A DNA stretch of 64,000 nucleotides from Candidatus Culexarchaeum nevadense (lineage in GTDB: Archaea; Thermoproteota; Methanomethylicia; Culexarchaeales; Culexarchaeaceae), in the NCBI GenBank assembly GCA_025060975.1, contig JANZKA010000003.1:1101-65100 (forward strand), in the 5' to 3' direction. The notes under the pieces were generated by a model, which made no database searches, was not told the DNA's origin, and saw nothing but the letters and a program-made list of their open reading frames with translations. Of this stretch, positions 57,888 through 64,000 are shown in pieces (position 1 is the stretch's first letter; the number at the start of each line of letters is the position of its first letter). The position numbers were made by a program, and so were the translations under genes.

Positions 57888-59831
57888 CTACATCCTCTTA
57901 GGAGCCTCTATACCCAAAATCCCTAAACCATTCCTAAGAGTCTTCATAACTGATTTTACAAGCATAACCCTAGCATTCCTTAACCCCTCATCAGTACACT
58001 TCAAAACTGGAAGTTTATCATAGAATAAATTGAAGTCCATAGCTAAATCATTCAAATATGCACAGAGGGATTCAAAACTCAATTTCGAAACAGCATCTGA
58101 AACAACTTCTGGAAACATGGCTAAATCCAAAATCAATTTACATTCTAAGGGATCCACAAGCTTACTCACATCATAATCACTATAATCCCAATCCACCTTG
58201 GCAAGAATATTATATGCCCTTGCATGGGCATACTGTATGAATGGACCACTATTCTGATCGAAATCCAAAATCTTACTCCAATCAAACACAATCCTCTTAC
58301 TTGGAGACACTGAAAGCATAGCATAACGTATAGCTCCAACAGCCACAATTCTAGCTATATCTTCAACTTCAGACATACTTAAACCCGGATTCCTCTTCAA
58401 AACCTCAACCTTACATCTCTCAACAGCTTCCCTCAGCAATCCATCAAGATCCACATATCTACCACGCCTACTGGACATTTTAAATCCAGGTAGATGGACA
58501 AGCTCATAGGAGTAGTGTAATAGGTTTAAAGCATAATCCATTAAACCCATACATGCCAAGGCAACTCTCAACTGAAGTTGAGCTAAAGACTGCTCATTCC
58601 CAATAACATGTATAACCATATCAGCATCTCTAAACTGTCTTATCGTATAGGCTATATCCCTAGTAGTATACAGAGTTCTACCATCAGACCTCGTTAAAAC
58701 CAGTTCTGGAATTTCATGACGCTCATCAACTTTAAAAAGCTTCTTCAAACCAAGACTTCTACAAGCAGACTCCACATCAAACACCCATACACCCTCAAAC
58801 CTCAAAAACCCAGTACCCTTAAGCTTCTCCAAAACTCTACCCACATCACCACTCCAAACCACATCACTCTCCCAATCCCAGAATTCATGGTGAACATTTA
58901 TCTTTGAAAGAGTCTCCTTAAACCCTTCAATAACCATACTGCAAAGTTCACGTATAACCCTTTTAGCATACTCCACTCCACGCTCATAATCTAAATCAAG
59001 CTTATTTATTGAACTCAATGGATCAGCATCTGAGTTAACATGATCCAGCAATGCTTCAAAGAGTTCAGGACTCCTACCCCTCAATTCCTCAGCAACAGAA
59101 ACCCACTCCGAAAGCTCAGCATTCAACTTTGAAATTTCATCTGGATCTGGATTCTGAAGAGCTTTTAAGGTTGCCAATCTATCTTTTAACCTCCTAATCT
59201 CAACAAGACAATTGGTCATGGCATAAATTAAACCTATAAAGTGATCAGGCTTCAAATTCAATTTAACCTTATCTTTAACACCCATAAACCCATAAGCTGC
59301 TATTGAAACTTGAAGACCAACATCATCTATGTAGAAGTGCGTTCTAACCTTATGACCAACACCCCTCAAAAGCCTAGCTAAACTATCCCCCAAAATTGCA
59401 TTCCTACCAGCACCTATATGAAGAGGATGTATAGGATTGGCGCTAGTATGCTCCACAACAATCCTCAAAGGTTTATCCACAGGTATAAAACCATAATTGT
59501 GATCTAAAATTTCAATAGACTTAAAGGTTAATGATGCAAGTTTTTGATAATTAACCCTAAAATTCACATATCCACCAGATGGTTCAACACCACCTATAAG
59601 GCTATAACTGGATAAATCAATCCCCCCAGCTATCTTTAAAGCAAGATCCATTGGGTTTATACCTAGAGATTTTGCCAATGCAAATGTTGGGAAAGCCATT
59701 TCAGCTGAAATCCCACTTGGAGGTCTCTCCAAAGATACACTTACATCACCAACAACAATCCCACTCAAAGCCTTTGAAATAGCATCAGCACATTCAAACC
59801 TGAATCTCCCAAATGGATTGTATTCGACCAT
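57888..59831 (-). CDS. argS: arginyl-tRNA synthetase
   Basis: HIGH region PIHPLHIGAGRN, KMSKS-equivalent FKMSSRRG and DALR anticodon-binding C-terminus. The true start is likely the ATG at 59831 (MVEYNPF...), not the TTG at 59891 in the ORF track. Confidence 0.85.
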   Translation of the reverse strand: MVEYNPFGRFRFECADAISKALSGIVVGDVSVSLERPPSGISAEMAFPTFALAKSLGINPMDLALKIAGGIDLSSYSLIGGVEPSGGYVNFRVNYQKLASLTFKSIEILDHNYGFIPVDKPLRIVVEHTSANPIHPLHIGAGRNAILGDSLARLLRGVGHKVRTHFYIDDVGLQVSIAAYGFMGVKDKVKLNLKPDHFIGLIYAMTNCLVEIRRLKDRLATLKALQNPDPDEISKLNAELSEWVSVAEELRGRSPELFEALLDHVNSDADPLSSINKLDLDYERGVEYAKRVIRELCSMVIEGFKETLSKINVHHEFWDWESDVVWSGDVGRVLEKLKGTGFLRFEGVWVFDVESACRSLGLKKLFKVDERHEIPELVLTRSDGRTLYTTRDIAYTIRQFRDADMVIHVIGNEQSLAQLQLRVALACMGLMDYALNLLHYSYELVHLPGFKMSSRRGRYVDLDGLLREAVERCKVEVLKRNPGLSMSEVEDIARIVAVGAIRYAMLSVSPSKRIVFDWSKILDFDQNSGPFIQYAHARAYNILAKVDWDYSDYDVSKLVDPLECKLILDLAMFPEVVSDAVSKLSFESLCAYLNDLAMDFNLFYDKLPVLKCTDEGLRNARVMLVKSVMKTLRNGLGILGIEAPKRM

Positions 59832-59894
59832 AAACCCCAAAAGGAGATTGTGGGAGGAGACATATAAAATTAGAGTTACAGTTAAAACCAAATG

Positions 59895-61079
59895 CTAACG
59901 CTTAACAGATGGGTTTGGAGGTTTCAAGAGGAGGGAGGAGAAACCAGCAACAATAGATGAGAATGATAGGAATAATAGGATTTGATGATAGGAACCGAAG
60001 ACCATATATAAATATCCAGTCAACCAACCAGATATCAATCCAGCCCAAGCCTTAGCAGTATAAGTTAAACCATAATTTGTAGTAGCATACCTAGAACCAT
60101 AATAATCACCTATAATAGAGGGGTAGAAGGCGAAAGGTGAACCGCCAAATAAAGCTACAACAAAACTTAAACACACAAACAATATTGGATTAAAGCCGAA
60201 GAAAACTAAAGCCAAAGTTGAAATACCCAATAGAACATAAAAGATGAACATACATTTAACTCTACCAATCCTATCAGAAATAAATCCAGCTAGAATTCTA
60301 CTCAAACCATTACCCACAGGGAATAATGTTAAAGCCAAATTCAGATAATAGCTTGAAATACCAAAATACTTAGCCAAAAACTTCAATTGAGCTGCAAATA
60401 CCAAGACTATCGCCACAGTAAACGTAAAGGATACGTAGATGAGATACCACTGCCAAGTTGAGAGCATACCCCTCACATTGAAATCAAGCCCAAAAGAGGA
60501 TCTTGAACGCTCAACCCCACTCTCAGGATAAACATATAATAGCGATGCTGAAAAAGTAACTAGCAACATAATTAAACCGAGAATTTTCAATGTAAAACTT
60601 AAACCATAAATTGATAAAAGCCATTGAATAATCAAATTGAATAATGCAGCTCCAGAACCAAAACCGAAAACAACAATTCCAGTAGCGAATCCACGTTTCT
60701 CAGGAAACCACTTAACAGCCAAAGCAGTTGAAACACCGTAAAGTATTCCAACACCAAACCCTCCAAATCCATAAGCTAAATAAAGTAGTAATGGACTCTC
60801 AACCATAGATGAAAATATTAAACCAAAACCACAAATAACTGAAGCAATTATAGAAACCCTCCTAGCACCATAATTATCAGCCAAGAAACCGGAAAATGGT
60901 TGAATGAATGTTGCAGTATAAGTGAAGATTGTGAAAGCTAAACCCACAACAGCAGCATCCCAACCGAAAACAGTCATAAAGGCATCTGCAAATAGAGACC
61001 AAGAATACTGATAAACACTAATAAACATCATCACAGCAACAGCGAAGAACAATATCACAATCCTACGTTCCAAAACCAA
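59895..61079 (-). CDS. MFS transporter
   Basis: 12 TM helices and an MFS loop motif (G.L.DR.GRR-like: SDRIGRVK). 394 aa. Confidence 0.7.
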   Translation of the reverse strand: MVLERRIVILFFAVAVMMFISVYQYSWSLFADAFMTVFGWDAAVVGLAFTIFTYTATFIQPFSGFLADNYGARRVSIIASVICGFGLIFSSMVESPLLLYLAYGFGGFGVGILYGVSTALAVKWFPEKRGFATGIVVFGFGSGAALFNLIIQWLLSIYGLSFTLKILGLIMLLVTFSASLLYVYPESGVERSRSSFGLDFNVRGMLSTWQWYLIYVSFTFTVAIVLVFAAQLKFLAKYFGISSYYLNLALTLFPVGNGLSRILAGFISDRIGRVKCMFIFYVLLGISTLALVFFGFNPILFVCLSFVVALFGGSPFAFYPSIIGDYYGSRYATTNYGLTYTAKAWAGLISGWLTGYLYMVFGSYHQILLFLSFSSIVAGFSSLLLKPPNPSVKR

Positions 61080-61165
61080 ACACCCAAACTAAAACCATTT
61101 AGACATAAATTCAAATATAAAAGGATAGCGAAATACAAGTATGCAATAAAATTTATGGTTTAATG

Positions 61166-62989
61166 TTATGGTACAGTAACACTTTTAGCTAGATTCCTAG
61201 GTTTATCTGGGTCAAGCCCTCTCTCAACAGCAACATAATATGCGAAGAGCTGTAATGGAACAACATATGGTATTGGGCTTAAGATATCTGGAACCCCCTT
61301 AGGCATAGGTATATGATGATCGACTAATCCAATAAGCTCTCCATCATCCTCTTCACATAAAGCTATGATCTCAGCCCCCCTAGCCTTCATCTCCATAATA
61401 TTCCCAACAATCTCCTTCCTAGTAGAATCTCTTGGAGCTATAAATATCACTGGAACCCCCTTCTCAACAATACTTATAGGGCCATGTTTAGATTCAGCTG
61501 CACTAAAAGCCAGCGATGGAATATAAGTTATCTCGAGAAGCTTCAATCTACCCTCAAGTGCAGTGGCAACATTGATCCCCCTACCAAGGAATAAGAATAA
61601 ATTCTTCTTAGCATAACGTTTAGCTAAAAGCTTAACATTATCAGCACAGGAATTCAAAACTCTATTAACAACTTCAGGCATACTCTTAAGGCTATCCCTA
61701 AGATGATCAGACTCCTGCTGGGAAAGCTTCCCCCTCAAATTCGCAACCTTCATAGCCAATTGAGCTAAAACAATAAGCTGAGAAGTAAACGTCTTAGTAG
61801 CTGCAACACCAATCTCTGGACCAGACTGCTGAACAATATAAGCCCTAGAAATCCTAGTAAGTGTTGAACCAACAGTATTGGTTAAACCCAGAACTGTAGC
61901 AGCCTTCATCCTAGCATGATCCACAGCCCTCAAAACATCATAAGTCTCACCAGATTGACTTACCGCGAGAATAACATCATCAATACCAACAGAATCACCA
62001 TACTGCTCCAGAAATTCAGAAGCCACCACAGGAAAGGCTGCAACCTTAGCAATCTTGGAAAACATGTATGAAGCAGCTAAACATGCATGATAAGAAGTTC
62101 CACAAGCCACAAGAAATACCCTCTCACCACGATCAATAAATCTTGAAAGCAAATCTAAATACTGCTCTTGAAGTCTAAGGGCATTCCTAAGACTTAAGGG
62201 TTGCTCATATATCTCCTTAAGCATAAAGTGAGGGTAACCTTGCTTCTCAGCCAACTCAACACTCCAATCCACAGTAAAAGATTTCTTCGAAACAATTTCA
62301 CCACTAGATATCTTCCTAAACTCAACACCACCAAGACTTAGAATGGCTATCTCACCATTATCCATGGAAATAAAGTTCCTAGTATATTCGAGGATTGCAG
62401 GTATATCTGAAGCACAATAATACGCTCCATCACCAATACCAACTATCAATGGACTCTCATTTCTAGCACAAACAATCTTATCAGGTTCAACTGTTGAAAT
62501 AACGGCTATAGCATAAGACCCCCTAAGCCTCCTAACAGCTTGAAGAGTAGCTTCATAGAGATTTAAACCAGATTCAACCCCTTCCTCAATTAGATGAGGG
62601 ATAACCTCAGTATCAGTTCTTGAAGTAAATCTATGCCCCCTATCCTCAAGCTCCCTCTTCAACTCCAGAAAGTTCTCTATAACACCATTATGTACAACAG
62701 CAATCCTCCCACTACAATCCAGATGTGGATGAGCATTCTCCCTACTCGGAGCACCATGCGTAGCCCACCTAGTATGAGCAATACCCAAACTCCCAGGCAT
62801 ATCCATAAAGTTAAGTCTAGCATTAATATCATCAATCTTACCAGAATCCTTCTTCAAATACAACTTACCCTCACAGATAGTAGCCATACCAGCAGAATCA
62901 TACCCCCTATACTCAAGTCTCTTCAAACCACTAAACAGTATTGGAGCCACTAAACCACTGGATAGTATACACCCAATTATACCACACAT
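61166..62989 (-). CDS. glmS: glutamine--fructose-6-phosphate aminotransferase (isomerising)
   Basis: N-terminal MCGIIG (Ntn Cys), class II glutaminase domain and two SIS domains ending ...KSVTVP. 607 aa. Confidence 0.9.
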   Translation of the reverse strand: MCGIIGCILSSGLVAPILFSGLKRLEYRGYDSAGMATICEGKLYLKKDSGKIDDINARLNFMDMPGSLGIAHTRWATHGAPSRENAHPHLDCSGRIAVVHNGVIENFLELKRELEDRGHRFTSRTDTEVIPHLIEEGVESGLNLYEATLQAVRRLRGSYAIAVISTVEPDKIVCARNESPLIVGIGDGAYYCASDIPAILEYTRNFISMDNGEIAILSLGGVEFRKISSGEIVSKKSFTVDWSVELAEKQGYPHFMLKEIYEQPLSLRNALRLQEQYLDLLSRFIDRGERVFLVACGTSYHACLAASYMFSKIAKVAAFPVVASEFLEQYGDSVGIDDVILAVSQSGETYDVLRAVDHARMKAATVLGLTNTVGSTLTRISRAYIVQQSGPEIGVAATKTFTSQLIVLAQLAMKVANLRGKLSQQESDHLRDSLKSMPEVVNRVLNSCADNVKLLAKRYAKKNLFLFLGRGINVATALEGRLKLLEITYIPSLAFSAAESKHGPISIVEKGVPVIFIAPRDSTRKEIVGNIMEMKARGAEIIALCEEDDGELIGLVDHHIPMPKGVPDILSPIPYVVPLQLFAYYVAVERGLDPDKPRNLAKSVTVP

Positions 62990-63085
62990 TCCAATACACC
63001 AAGTAAACTTGTTTTAAGTAAAAAACAGTTAAAGTAATTTCTACAGAGCAAACTTAAAAGCTTTATCATGAAATTACAATTCAAA

Positions 63086-63937
63086 TCAAATGACATTAGC
63101 CAGACATCTAAACAGGTAATTCAATTGACTTAAAACTATAAGGGATATTATTGATGAACGCATCCTAATACCAATACTCCTTGCATTTGAAAGCCAATAC
63201 ACCAGCACTGCAGAGTAAACTTCAAGGGGGAGGTTAAATAAAACCCTACTCTGAAGCATACCATCAAGAAATGGATATACAATTGAAGATGTGATTATAG
63301 TAAATCTCAAAATATCATCACAAACCCCACGAGACGGAGTTAACAAAGCTATAAAAGCCGAAATTAACGTGAAGAAGTTAAGTTGAAAACCACCATACAA
63401 TATGAAACCAATGAAGAATGAGTTATACCAGTAATTGTATAGGTTGCCGAGATTTAAAGTCTTAATCAAACCATAGATAATCCAAAACTGACTTCCACCA
63501 GGGATTAGGAGGATTAAAGTTAGAGGGATTGATGGAGCTAACATTAAAACCACACTATGATATCCCCTTAAAACTCTAATAAACCCCCTAAACTTAAAAA
63601 TAGAGTATAAGAGGAATAAAGCTAAGGAAGCTGAAAACTGAATGTAAGTCCATGGATGAATTAATAAAGCCATATTATAAAGAGCTGCAGCCAATATCAA
63701 TACAACTCTAGATTTAGAATTAAAATACGTGAATAAAAGAGACAATGAGAAGAATATGACTATCAATGCAAAAATGTTAGCTAGAAAGTATGAATACATG
63801 TTAACTGTAATTTTAAATCCCATGGAAGTAAGCAAAGCAGAAATTGAAGCTAACCTCAAATCACCAAACCCCCTCCAAACAATCATGAAAATGGAGAAAA
63901 CCAACAATGGGTTAAGTATAATTGGAGCAAATGTCAC
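63086..63937 (-). CDS. polytopic membrane protein, function unknown
   Basis: ORF, about 8 TM helices. Confidence 0.35.
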   Translation of the reverse strand: MTFAPIILNPLLVFSIFMIVWRGFGDLRLASISALLTSMGFKITVNMYSYFLANIFALIVIFFSLSLLFTYFNSKSRVVLILAAALYNMALLIHPWTYIQFSASLALFLLYSIFKFRGFIRVLRGYHSVVLMLAPSIPLTLILLIPGGSQFWIIYGLIKTLNLGNLYNYWYNSFFIGFILYGGFQLNFFTLISAFIALLTPSRGVCDDILRFTIITSSIVYPFLDGMLQSRVLFNLPLEVYSAVLVYWLSNARSIGIRMRSSIISLIVLSQLNYLFRCLANVI

Positions 63938-64000
63938 AGCAGTCCTAACATCAAAACCAAATAAACACTTAAAGAAATACAGAAATACTATGAGGAGAGG

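Noticed and set aside
59832-59891. 20-codon N-terminal extension on ArgRS (TTG start, MVLTVTLILYVSSHNLLLGF).
   Set aside because: The hydrophobic extension is not a feature of ArgRS. The ATG at 59831 gives the canonical MVEYNPF start and has a TATA-like element about 30 nt upstream.
1-64000. CRISPR arrays, IS elements or transposases, rRNA genes and additional tRNAs.
   Set aside because: By eye I found no regularly spaced direct repeats, no transposase or integrase-like ORF and no rRNA-like GC-rich blocks. The only clean cloverleaf is tRNA-Arg at 52023..52100.

Overview
This 64-kb window is AT-rich chromosomal DNA from an archaeon, most likely a hyperthermophilic crenarchaeon (Sulfolobales/Desulfurococcales-like). 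Archaeal hallmarks include A-type ATPase subunits I/K/C, class I LysRS, archaeal ProRS, a FAU-1-type RNase, a PibD prepilin peptidase with class-III-signal pilin-like genes, S26e, TrmY, a CDP-alcohol phosphatidyltransferase and frequent TTG starts. The most striking region is a large membrane-complex locus at about 16.3-34.4 kb, all on the minus strand. It runs in complex-I order (nuoA-B-C-D-H-I...J-K-M...L...N). However, its NuoD homologue keeps all four [NiFe]-ligating cysteines (RICGICxxxH and DPCYCC), so it looks like a group-4 energy-converting [NiFe] hydrogenase rather than a true Nuo/Fpo complex. The locus is interrupted by a PHP-domain EndoQ-like nuclease, a DedA membrane protein, A-ATPase membrane subunits I and K (with C nearby) and a FAU-1 RNase gene. 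Other notable items are a ValRS-like class I aaRS with degenerate HIGH and KMSKS motifs next to argS, a compact four-gene pilin-like locus with a Zn-ribbon mini-gene facing pibD, and a candidate C/D-box sRNA. A compositionally distinct segment of about 5 kb (ArsR, thioredoxin-like protein, ArsP-like permease, tRNA-Arg(CCG), MscS, FNT channel) contains 1.7 kb with no ORFs around the tRNA, suggesting a decayed integration or horizontal-transfer site. The rest is housekeeping: radical SAM (Tes-like), TrmB regulator, KaiC-like ATPase, RHH-Lhr helicase operon, dCTP deaminase/dUTPase family protein (dCTP deaminase or dUTPase), class I fumarase alpha/beta, MoaE, PyrF, TrmI, CofE, PMM/PGM, AdoMetDC-like, ProRS, LysRS, ArgRS, family-B DNA polymerase, GlmS and an MFS transporter. 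No CRISPR array, IS element or rRNA was seen.
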